Origin: an uncultured Gammaproteobacteria bacterium
GTDB lineage: Bacteria > Patescibacteriota > Patescibacteriia > UBA9934 > CAMTUG01
Assembly: GCA_964588955.1 (NCBI GenBank)
Contig: CAZPQJ010000003.1
Span: 42 to 64,041 of the forward strand
Reading direction: 5' to 3'
Length of the DNA stretch: 64,000 nucleotides
Positions 27,291 to 35,912 of the stretch are shown in pieces. Each line of letters starts with the position of its first letter. Within the stretch, counting starts at the first letter, position 1. A program made the position numbers and the translations under genes. Below the pieces are notes generated by a model that did not search any database, had not been told where the DNA came from, and worked only from the letters and a program-made list of their open reading frames with translations.

Positions 27291-29306
27291 ATGAATAAGC
27301 GTCTTTTGTCCGTTTTTGCCTTTGTGGCTTTTGTCCTTCCTTCCGTCGCGGTTTTGCCACATCCTGCTTTAGCCGCCGGTTGGGCAGAAGTGGATTCTCC
27401 AACTTCAGAAACCCTATTTTCTGTCGATAAATACGGCGATCTTATGATTGCTGTAGGGGCAGACGGAACGGCTATTTATAGCGAAGACGAGGGGAAATCG
27501 TGGGATGAAGGCGATAGTAATACCTCAATTGATTTGTACGGGACCACCATCTTTACCAGTAGCAAGGCGGTAGCAGTTGGAACAGATGCAATGATTATGC
27601 GTACAAGTAACGGTGGCCAATCCTGGAGCGAGGCCTCAATTGATGGATTAACAAGCGCGCAAGAATCGTATGAATTTCGTGCTGTTTACGCAGTCAGTTC
27701 GACGGTTGGCTGGGCAGTCGGGGCTCATGGAATGATTGTTAAAACAGAAGATGGGGGAGCGACGTGGGAAGCAATTGATTCGCCGACTTCGCAAAGCTTG
27801 AACCAGGTTGATGCCGTGAGTACATCGATTGTGTGGGTGGTTGGAGAAAATGGAGTGATTTACAAAAGTACGAACGGCGGAAATTCTTGGAGTAGTCAAT
27901 CGTCTGGCACCTCAGAGCACCTTGTCTGTATTTACATGTACAACAGCTCGATCGGCTATGCTTCCGGGGATAACGAAACCATTCTCAAAACGACCAATGG
28001 TGGATCGGATTGGGATCAAATCTACGCCAGTGAATTACAAAATGGAGAAACGGTGATTGATCTATCGTTCGATTATTCTGAAAATGGCATTTTGACCGGT
28101 TCTGAGGGAACACTGTTGCGAACGGAAGATGGGGGAGATAATTGGAGTGAGGTTGATGAAAGTGTTTCTGAGCCGTTGTTAGATGTCATCGATTCGGCAA
28201 CGACCACATGGTGGGGGGTTGGGGATAATGGTACCATCGCCCGCTATGACGCCGCGGCTCCCGACGCGCCCACGAATTTTGATGTTAGCGGCGACAATTC
28301 TAGTGTCTCTGATTCCACTCCGAAATTTACTTGGAGTGCTTCAAATGACGACGAAACCAGCATTGACTACTACGAATTCAAAATGGACTCTGATTCTTAC
28401 AAAAATATTGGAAATGTCACTACAAAAACGTATTCTACGGAGCTCGATAATGGCAGACACACGGCCTACGTGCGTGCGGTTGATGATGCGGGAAACACGT
28501 CATCTGCCGCGAGTGTTACGTTTACCGTAGATGCTGACTCTTCTTCCAGCCCTTCTGGCAATCCAGACATCGCTAAGATCACCCCTACCTCCGCAGTCAA
28601 AAATGAAACCGTCACCTTTAACGCCATGATCGAAGACGATGACGGCACCATCGATTCGTGTGCGCTTTACGTTGACGGGGATTATGAAAAGGCCATGAGC
28701 ATCAAAACAGACATGGCCTATACCACCATGAAGTTCACGGCTACAGGTTCATATTCGGTCTACGCACGCTGTATCAACGACGATGGTGATACCGTGAGTG
28801 GATCAAGTACGACCGTGAGCGTAGTGAGCGATTCTGGATATGCCGATCCGGGAGATTTGATCAAAATTACCTGTTCCGGCAACGTGTATGTGAACGATCC
28901 TTGCACGACGGTCTATTACTATGGTTATGATGGCCGCCGTCACGCTTTTCCGAATGAAGCAGTGTTCAAAAGTTGGTTTAACGACTTCGACGATTTGGTT
29001 CAACTGACGAGTTCCGCAATGGCCAATATTTCATTGGGCGAAAACGTCACCTATAAACCGGGAGAGCAGCTCGTGCAATTTTCCACCTCAACCGTCTATG
29101 CGGTTTCCTACGGAGGGATCTTACGGCCAATCGCTAATGGCACCATCGCCAAGTCCCTTTTTGGGAGCAATTGGACAAGCGAAATTGCCTGGGTGAGTGA
29201 TGTCTTCTTCGGTAACTACCGTATTGGTTCGACGATTGAAAGTAGCGCCGACTTTTCCATTAGTGGCGTTCAAAGCGTTAGCAAAACCATTGATTCGACG
29301 TTCTAA
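27291..29306 (+). CDS. Surface protein: YCF48/BNR beta-propeller + Ig-like + CPR-type C-terminal domain
   Basis: Repeated GWAVG..G.I.KT.DGG.TW Asp-box motifs; YVRAVDDAGN; VYYYG.DG.RHAFPNE..F.SW. Confidence 0.88.
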   Translation: MNKRLLSVFAFVAFVLPSVAVLPHPALAAGWAEVDSPTSETLFSVDKYGDLMIAVGADGTAIYSEDEGKSWDEGDSNTSIDLYGTTIFTSSKAVAVGTDAMIMRTSNGGQSWSEASIDGLTSAQESYEFRAVYAVSSTVGWAVGAHGMIVKTEDGGATWEAIDSPTSQSLNQVDAVSTSIVWVVGENGVIYKSTNGGNSWSSQSSGTSEHLVCIYMYNSSIGYASGDNETILKTTNGGSDWDQIYASELQNGETVIDLSFDYSENGILTGSEGTLLRTEDGGDNWSEVDESVSEPLLDVIDSATTTWWGVGDNGTIARYDAAAPDAPTNFDVSGDNSSVSDSTPKFTWSASNDDETSIDYYEFKMDSDSYKNIGNVTTKTYSTELDNGRHTAYVRAVDDAGNTSSAASVTFTVDADSSSSPSGNPDIAKITPTSAVKNETVTFNAMIEDDDGTIDSCALYVDGDYEKAMSIKTDMAYTTMKFTATGSYSVYARCINDDGDTVSGSSTTVSVVSDSGYADPGDLIKITCSGNVYVNDPCTTVYYYGYDGRRHAFPNEAVFKSWFNDFDDLVQLTSSAMANISLGENVTYKPGEQLVQFSTSTVYAVSYGGILRPIANGTIAKSLFGSNWTSEIAWVSDVFFGNYRIGSTIESSADFSISGVQSVSKTIDSTF

Positions 29307-29366
29307 CGTAGACTTGATGCGTTGCAAGACCAGGTTCTTTTAAGATGGAGTAGTGGGCAGTTCATT

Positions 29367-29667
29367 TTGTATAGGCAGGAGTCTCTACTCCCGCCATGTT
29401 GTTAAGATTATCTACCACGACTGGATGGATACCTTCCGGTTGGGTTGTTTTATGGATAGATTCGGATTAGGTATGGTTTGTATAGCTTTTGTCTATACAA
29501 AACACCTCCCAACACGCACCTGTTTGAAAAACGAGGTGCTGGAGAGGGCATGCTTCTAACCTACTTGGCTAGGTATATCGTAGAAGACTATTTCGCGACA
29601 TCCCTAGCACATCTGTACGATACCGATTTAGAAACAAAGCGGGAGTCTCTACTCCCGCCTATTCAAA
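29367..29667. ncRNA. Unidentified ~300-nt structured noncoding element with paired ends
   Basis: Twin GCRGGAGT-CTCT-ACTCCCGC hairpins at the ends; ends complementary; at least four internal hairpins. Confidence 0.5.
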
Positions 29668-29711
29668 TCAGACCAAACCGGTTTTTCTCTTAACAGGATT
29701 CCGCCCGATGC

Positions 29712-30221
29712 CTACATCACTTCCCCAATTTGATACACAACTTTTCCAACTGGTCCATCGAACACAACCTCCTCGCCAGCCTTGTGTCCAAGTAAAGCTA
29801 ATCCAAGAGGGGAGTTATGCGAAATGCGGCCGCGCGAGGGGTTAGTTTCGAGTGAGCCAACGAGCTCAAATGTCATGGGTTTAGCGTTTACAAACACCGT
29901 CACTGTTGATCCTAAGCGAATTGTGCCGTCAGCAGATCCCGATTGAATAGGGATCGCCATTTTAATTCGCTCTTTTAACGATTCAATCCGCCCGTTAATG
30001 CGTCTCAGCAACGCTTTGGCATTTTGATAGCCAAAGTTCTCAGAAAAGTCTCCCATTTCTGCCAATCGCCGTACTTCCGCCACAGTTTCCGGTCGTTGGC
30101 GCTTTTCTAGATCGATCACTTCTTGTTTAAAACGTTCAATCGCGGCGGAAGTTAAATGGCGGTCTTCTGGCTCGGCCAAAGCCGCTCGATCTAACTCGCC
30201 TTTGCGTGTAGGGATGCGCAT
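29712..30221 (-). CDS. greA: Transcription elongation factor GreA/GreB
   Basis: AEMGDFSENFGYQNAK, GRISHNSPLGLALLG. Confidence 0.9.
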   Translation of the reverse strand: MRIPTRKGELDRAALAEPEDRHLTSAAIERFKQEVIDLEKRQRPETVAEVRRLAEMGDFSENFGYQNAKALLRRINGRIESLKERIKMAIPIQSGSADGTIRLGSTVTVFVNAKPMTFELVGSLETNPSRGRISHNSPLGLALLGHKAGEEVVFDGPVGKVVYQIGEVM

Positions 30222-30253
30222 AGATGATCCTTATGATATCCTAAAAATATCCT

Positions 30254-31390
30254 ATGATCAAACGTTATCTCCCGCTATTTCTTTTTTTATTCTGTCTACC
30301 GGTCAGTGCTGCGCGCGCACAAACATTAGATGCTGCTTCAACCCCGGCATACTTTATCGCGGAGCTCACTTCCGATGGCGTGTCGACGACGCAATCGATT
30401 GCTGGCATACAGGAAACAACCACCGTTTACAAGGCGACAATCATTAAAGGAGAAGCCAAGGGTACGCGCATCGAAGTGGAGCAAAGTGATCTTTTTGCCG
30501 CTAATCGTGCCCTCAAGGTCAAGTCCGGTGACAACGTGGTGGTGATTCAATCCATTGATGATTCGGGTTTGCCCTCCTATCAACTTGTTGACGCGTATCG
30601 CGTTCCCTCCTTGTGGTGGATGGCAGTACTGTTTTTTTTCTTGGCCGTTCTTTTTGGTCGGCTTAAGGGCTTTTCCTCAATGATTGGCTTAGCCGTCAGT
30701 GCATGGATTATTGTGGGACTGATTGTGCCAAAGATTGTCGCTGGAGCAGATCCGTTGCTTGTGAGTTTGCTTGGTTCGTTGTTGATTGCAACAATTTCGC
30801 TCTTTTTGGCACATGGATTCACGAAGCGTACCACGGTGGCATTTGTTGGAACGGTTGTGACTTTGATTCTGTCCGCGGGGCTCGCTGTGGCTGCTGTTCG
30901 CTTTACACATTTGTTCGGAATGGGGAGCGAAGCGAGCTTATTTGTGATTGGTGACTTGCCGGGAATTAATTTGCAAGGATTGTTGTTGGGTGGCATTATG
31001 CTTGGGCTTTTGGGGGTACTTGATGACATCACTACCGCTCAGTCTGCCGTCGTTGATGAGCTTAAGCGAGCCAATCGTCAGCTAACCTTTCGCGAACTGT
31101 ATTATCGGGGTCTGTCTGTCGGTCGTGAGCATATTGCTTCGCTCGTGAACACGCTGTTCTTGGCTTATGCGGGAGCTTCGTTACCCTTGTTTCTGCTCTT
31201 TTCGGTCAATCAAGGCCAGGAGTTATGGATGATCTTCAATAATGAAATGATCGCTGAAGAGATCGTGCGTACCCTTGTTGGCAGTGCCGGTCTCATCCTT
31301 GCCGTACCGATTACCACCGCCTTGGCGGCCTATATTTTCCGCCATCAGACGGACAACCCTAACCAAAATCATCCCTATCATCATCACTAA
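30254..31390 (+). CDS. YibE/F family membrane protein
   Basis: GLLGVLDDITTAQ, GREHIASLVNTLFLAYAGASLP. Confidence 0.92.
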   Translation: MIKRYLPLFLFLFCLPVSAARAQTLDAASTPAYFIAELTSDGVSTTQSIAGIQETTTVYKATIIKGEAKGTRIEVEQSDLFAANRALKVKSGDNVVVIQSIDDSGLPSYQLVDAYRVPSLWWMAVLFFFLAVLFGRLKGFSSMIGLAVSAWIIVGLIVPKIVAGADPLLVSLLGSLLIATISLFLAHGFTKRTTVAFVGTVVTLILSAGLAVAAVRFTHLFGMGSEASLFVIGDLPGINLQGLLLGGIMLGLLGVLDDITTAQSAVVDELKRANRQLTFRELYYRGLSVGREHIASLVNTLFLAYAGASLPLFLLFSVNQGQELWMIFNNEMIAEEIVRTLVGSAGLILAVPITTALAAYIFRHQTDNPNQNHPYHHH

Positions 31391-31396
31391 TGTCTT

Positions 31397-32260
31397 ATGT
31401 TGTTTGAAACGGGCGAAGATGTTCTGCATTGGTACGACAAGGAGGAACGGGTGTTAACCCCTGCTTTTTTAGAGACGATTCCTTGGGATAAAGTCAAAGA
31501 AACTCCACTCGCGCCAGAGTTGGCGCCTGTGTTGCGCTACATGCGGGACATTGAAACATTTACTACCATGTATGCCGACGAGTTGCGGCGCACACCCACA
31601 GGAAAAGATCCCGTGGTCAAGCGGTTTATGGAACGGTGGGAAACAGAGGAAACCTTGCATGGCGAATTACTTAATCGCTTTTTGAACGAGGCGGGGTTTG
31701 TGACGCCTAGTGATTGGAAAGATCAGTCGTTTGCCGCTATTTCGCCGGAATATCGACGTAGCGCCAAGCTGACGACGAGTATTACCAATTTGGTTGGCAA
31801 AAACTTTTCCGCCGTACACATGACTTGGGGGGCGATTCAAGAGCTCTCGACGCTTTCGGGATATGAGCGTTTGTGGCATTTGGCAGAGCATCCCGTGTTG
31901 GAAAAGATTTTGCGAGCGATTGTGCGCGAAGAGGCGCGCCACGCGTTATTTTATTGGAGTCTGGCTCGTATCCGTTTGGCAGAATCGAAGTGGCGCCAAG
32001 AGTTGGCCAAGTTTTTGGTCAACCATTTTTGGACGCCGGTTGGACAAGGGGCCAAGCCTAAGGCCGACACGGATTATGTGATTAAAACCGTCTTCCAAGG
32101 CAAAGAAGGATTGGCGCTTATGGACAGTCGCGTAACGAAGCGCATTCAACAATTGCCAGGATTTGATCACTTCACCAAACTGACCGAACGCATTGCTGAG
32201 GTCGTCGGGGGCGGTTCGCCCATCGAGAACTTGCAGCCGCTCATTCCCGTATCGGAATAA
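31397..32260 (+). CDS. Ferritin-like diiron protein (acyl-ACP desaturase-like)
   Basis: RDIE, WETEETLHG, QELST, EEARH diiron motifs. Confidence 0.8.
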   Translation: MLFETGEDVLHWYDKEERVLTPAFLETIPWDKVKETPLAPELAPVLRYMRDIETFTTMYADELRRTPTGKDPVVKRFMERWETEETLHGELLNRFLNEAGFVTPSDWKDQSFAAISPEYRRSAKLTTSITNLVGKNFSAVHMTWGAIQELSTLSGYERLWHLAEHPVLEKILRAIVREEARHALFYWSLARIRLAESKWRQELAKFLVNHFWTPVGQGAKPKADTDYVIKTVFQGKEGLALMDSRVTKRIQQLPGFDHFTKLTERIAEVVGGGSPIENLQPLIPVSE

Positions 32261-32261
32261 T

Positions 32262-32657
32262 ATGGATCAACAAAAAATAGACGAGGCAAAAAAGCAGCTC
32301 TCGCCGGAGCAGTACACTGTTTGTTTTCTGAAAGGCACGGAGCCGCCGTTTTCCGGCAAGTATTATCATAATCACGAACCAGGCATGTATGCCTGTGCGG
32401 TTTGCCACACTCCGTTATTTTCTTCCGACACCAAATTTGATTCCGGTACGGGTTGGCCAAGTTTTTACGACATTGTCGAACAGGGGAACGTGAAGCAGAT
32501 TGCCGACGATACGCTTGGCATGCGCCGCACAGAAGTACAGTGTGCCACCTGCGGAGCGCATTTGGGTCACCTGTTTAATGATGGTCCCGCGCCAACGGGT
32601 CAGCGCTATTGTATAAACTCTCTGGCGTTGGACTTTGACGCTAAGCCGAAATCGTAA
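32262..32657 (+). CDS. msrB: Peptide-methionine (R)-S-oxide reductase
   Basis: GTEPPFSG, KFDSGTGWPSF, CGAHLGHLF.DGP, RYCINS. Confidence 0.96.
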   Translation: MDQQKIDEAKKQLSPEQYTVCFLKGTEPPFSGKYYHNHEPGMYACAVCHTPLFSSDTKFDSGTGWPSFYDIVEQGNVKQIADDTLGMRRTEVQCATCGAHLGHLFNDGPAPTGQRYCINSLALDFDAKPKS

Positions 32658-32660
32658 CGC

Positions 32661-32868
32661 GCGAACTCCCTCCGCGTCCGAGACAGAGGTTGTCCTTGAG
32701 TAGAAGGCCTAAAGGAACAACCCAACGGTTCGAGCTCAGAACAACACAGACCTGCAAGGTCTGTGTTGTTTGTATCGCTTATGTGACTTTCAGTCCGTCG
32801 CTCGAACCGTTGGTCGGCTGTTCTGCTCTGCGGAGCAACATCTGCCCCGGCCGCTTTGGGGGGTTCGC
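32661..32868. ncRNA. ~210-nt rod-like self-complementary element (6S-like RNA or MITE)
   Basis: GCGAACTCCC/GGGGGTTCGC ends; CCAACGGTTCGAGC/GCTCGAACCGTTGG; AACAACACAGACCT/AGGTCTGTGTTGTT; central bubble. Confidence 0.5.
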
Positions 32869-32871
32869 ACG

Positions 32872-33804
32872 TTACTTAATAATAACTGGCGCGGCGAGTG
32901 GTGGATAAAGAGCAGGATCAATTGTGCGTTCAAAGCAGACGCGGCCAGCGGCGTGATCCCAGTTTTGTCCGTAGGGGTAGGGGGCGCTGAGTCGACTGTC
33001 TGTACCATGGACCGTCGCTTGGTCGAAGGTGGCGCAGAGGCTAAAGGTAAGGGGAGCGCTCGTGCTGTATTCATAAGCGGCATTGGTTTCCGGATCTATG
33101 GGGGAGGAAAATCCATTAAGATCACTTCTCAAATCATCCAGCGTTGCGGGAAGCTTTTGCTTTTGCTGATAGTAGTTAGTGACTTCGTACTGGATGTTGG
33201 AAAGATCGTTGACACGTTGGTCGTCAAAGCGCACTTGGCGCTGCATGGCTGGCGTGCCTACCAAAAGGAATCCTCCAACAATCGCTCCCACTAAGACAAT
33301 CACCGAGGTAATCCCCGCCATTTTATACACCTTGGTTGCTTGCTTCGCTTCGTGTTTAAGTTCCCATAACTCGTACCAAAATACGGCGCCAACCGTCACC
33401 AGCACTGCCAATACTTTAAGAATGAATCGGGCGGTGATTTCCCCATTCAGGAAATAATTTACCAAGGTCACCAAATCCACGATCATGGCAATGGCGGTGG
33501 CGAATAAGGTTAAATACAAGAGCCATTTGCGAATAGCGCTTTCCGTGCCGGGTTCTTGCTGCCGTTCTTTGTTAATAAACCAACTGATCAGTAGGTAGCA
33601 CGGCCAAACAACAATAAGCGCGGCCATGGCTCCACGAATAATATCGAGTGAGCCGACGTAGTAATCATTTAACGCGTCGGGAAATTTCACGTTCACGTAT
33701 TGAAATAACAACGTGATAAAACTAATCACACCAACGTAGAGAGTGACAACGGCCAAGAGGTGGGAAAAGACATCCTTGGCGGTGGAACGGGGGAGAGATT
33801 TCAT
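32872..33804 (-). CDS. DUF5671 membrane protein
   Basis: IRKWLLYLTLF...DLVTLVNYFLNGEITARF; RFDDQRVNDL; DPETNAAYEY. Confidence 0.85.
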   Translation of the reverse strand: MKSLPRSTAKDVFSHLLAVVTLYVGVISFITLLFQYVNVKFPDALNDYYVGSLDIIRGAMAALIVVWPCYLLISWFINKERQQEPGTESAIRKWLLYLTLFATAIAMIVDLVTLVNYFLNGEITARFILKVLAVLVTVGAVFWYELWELKHEAKQATKVYKMAGITSVIVLVGAIVGGFLLVGTPAMQRQVRFDDQRVNDLSNIQYEVTNYYQQKQKLPATLDDLRSDLNGFSSPIDPETNAAYEYSTSAPLTFSLCATFDQATVHGTDSRLSAPYPYGQNWDHAAGRVCFERTIDPALYPPLAAPVIIK

Positions 33805-33859
33805 AAAAAAGAATTAACGAATGACGTAATGGTTGATTTTATGATATCATAAACGCCGT

Positions 33860-34345
33860 ATGCAGAGGAGGAAGCCGCGCGTGAAAAGTACGCTCACATC
33901 TATTCGTCGAAAGTCATTTGGCGAACGTATCGCGGACGCGTTGACCAACGTGTTTGGTACGCTTGGTTTTTTTATTGTTAACGCGCTTTTTTTTCTTGTC
34001 TGGATCGTCCTCAACACGGGATTAGTTCCTGGAGTGAACATTTTTGATCCATTTCCTTTCAACCTGTTGACGATGTTCGTTTCCTTGGAAGCCATCTTTT
34101 TGTCCGTTATTGTGTTGATCAGTCAGAATAAGGCGGCAAATGTGGCCGATATTCGCGAAGAGATTGATTTTCGCGTCAACGTGTATGCCGAACAGGAAAT
34201 TACCAAGATTTTACGTATGTTGGAGGTTGTGGAAAAGCATTTAGAGATCAAAACTCGCCGTGACAGAGAGTTAAACTCCATGAAGCATAAATTGAATATT
34301 GAACGAATTGCGGCGGAAGTCATGAACGAGCGGCTGAAGATGTAA
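33860..34345 (+). CDS. DUF1003 membrane protein
   Basis: GERIAD, FDPFPFNLLTMFVSLEAIFLSVIVLISQN. Confidence 0.9.
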   Translation: MQRRKPRVKSTLTSIRRKSFGERIADALTNVFGTLGFFIVNALFFLVWIVLNTGLVPGVNIFDPFPFNLLTMFVSLEAIFLSVIVLISQNKAANVADIREEIDFRVNVYAEQEITKILRMLEVVEKHLEIKTRRDRELNSMKHKLNIERIAAEVMNERLKM

Positions 34346-34372
34346 CCCTTGTACGAGGGTGGGGGTATGGAT
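34343..34372 (+). promoter_or_regulatory. Candidate alternative-sigma promoter TAACCC-N12-GGGGGTA
   Basis: Shared with 26631-26660. Confidence 0.45.
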
Positions 34373-34392
34373 AACAGCATTATCCATTTTTT

Positions 34393-35616
34393 ATGACAAA
34401 AAATGATTTTCAGAGAAGTGTGCTCGCAGGTGCGGTGGGGGGAATGATGATCGTTGTTATTACGGGTGCGGCGCTTATCCATAATGTTGGTGGTCTGGCA
34501 GACCGGCTGGCAGGAACACGTACAACTGGCGTGGCTGTGGCTTCCGGCGACGTGTCTGTTACTGCGTTAGACGTGTCTGACATCGTGGCGAAAGTGAATC
34601 CGGCCGTTGTTTCCATTGTGATTTCTAAAGACGTGCCTAAGCTCAAAACAGTCTATCGCAATCCGTTCGGTGGAGTTTTTGGCAATCTCCCATTTAATTT
34701 TGGTGTACCAACGCAAGAACAAGATGGTACGGAAACGGAGCATAAAGAAATTGGTGGCGGTTCCGGATTTTTGATTTCGGCTGATGGATACTTAGTCACG
34801 AATAATCACGTCGTTGAGGATGACACCGCAGACTATACCGTTTTTACCATTGATGGCAGCCAATACGACGCCAAGGTAATTGCGCAAGACAGTGATCTCG
34901 ACATTGCTTTGTTGAAAATTGAAGCCACGGATATGTCGTTTCTGAATTTTGGCGATTCAGATGCGCTTCGGCTTGGGCAAGCGGTGATTGCCATCGGCAA
35001 CGCCTTGGGCGAGTTTCGTAATACTGTTTCCACGGGGGTCGTTTCTGGCTTAGCTCGGTCAATTACCGCCGGAGATCAGTCTGGCCAAGCGGAACAGCTT
35101 GATAACGTGATTCAAACCGACGCAGCAATCAATCCAGGAAATTCTGGTGGACCTTTGTTGGACTTGCGCGGCAATGTTGTGGGTGTAAACGTGGCCACTA
35201 GCCAAGGGGGAGAGAATATTAGTTTTTCTTTGCCGGCCTCGTTGATTGCCCCGGCAATCGAATCGATGAAAGCAACCGGGCATGTGGTACGGGCCTATCT
35301 TGGTGTGCGGTACGTGCCGGTCACGGCGGCGCTGAAGGAGAAAAATAATCTTTCCGTTGATTACGGTGCTTTGGTTTTGCGCGGTGCCGATGATACCGAA
35401 CTAGCAGTGATCCCTGGTTCACCGGCAGACAAGGCGGGGATTGTGGAAAATGATATTATTCTCGAATTCGATGGACAGAAAATCGACGAAGATCATACGC
35501 TGTCCTCGATGATTCGCGCCAAAGGCGTTGGCGACGTAGTCTCCTTAAACGTTTTAGACAAAGGCACAGAGAAAACGGTTAGCGTAACCTTGCAAGAAAA
35601 ACCTGCTACTCCATGA
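34393..35616 (+). CDS. degP: HtrA/DegP serine protease with PDZ domain
   Basis: GSGF, VTNNHVV, DIALLK, IQTDAAINPGNSGGPL. Confidence 0.95.
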   Translation: MTKNDFQRSVLAGAVGGMMIVVITGAALIHNVGGLADRLAGTRTTGVAVASGDVSVTALDVSDIVAKVNPAVVSIVISKDVPKLKTVYRNPFGGVFGNLPFNFGVPTQEQDGTETEHKEIGGGSGFLISADGYLVTNNHVVEDDTADYTVFTIDGSQYDAKVIAQDSDLDIALLKIEATDMSFLNFGDSDALRLGQAVIAIGNALGEFRNTVSTGVVSGLARSITAGDQSGQAEQLDNVIQTDAAINPGNSGGPLLDLRGNVVGVNVATSQGGENISFSLPASLIAPAIESMKATGHVVRAYLGVRYVPVTAALKEKNNLSVDYGALVLRGADDTELAVIPGSPADKAGIVENDIILEFDGQKIDEDHTLSSMIRAKGVGDVVSLNVLDKGTEKTVSVTLQEKPATP

Positions 35617-35912
35617 AAAAACCTGCCATAACATTTCGTGAAGCCGTTTACGCCGTGGTCAGAAAGATTCCCAAAGGGGAGGTGATGACCTACAAAATGG
35701 TTGCAGCATTAGCTGGCCGCCCGAAAGCCTATCGGGCGGTTGGCAATTTGTTGAATAAGAATTATGATGAGCGGATCCCGTGCCACCGCGTCGTCCGTTC
35801 CGATGGCAAGACAGGCGGCTACAATCGCGGAGCTATTAAGAAACAGATGATCTTGAAACAAGAAGGGTATGAATTACGACCAAACATCTCTCGATCTCCA
35901 CAGAAAGCATAA
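35613..35912 (+). CDS. ogt: Methylated-DNA-protein-cysteine methyltransferase (MGMT family)
   Basis: KIPKGEVMTY, RAVG, IPCHRVV. Confidence 0.85.
   Translation: MKKPAITFREAVYAVVRKIPKGEVMTYKMVAALAGRPKAYRAVGNLLNKNYDERIPCHRVVRSDGKTGGYNRGAIKKQMILKQEGYELRPNISRSPQKA

Noticed and set aside
29420-29445. CCGGAAGG on the minus strand, similar to the SRP RNA GGAA tetraloop
   Set aside because: The flanking CAGG and AGCA internal-loop residues are absent
29353-29693. Two short plus-strand ORFs (68 and 71 aa)
   Set aside because: Non-ATG starts and no protein features; the region is better explained by base-paired structure
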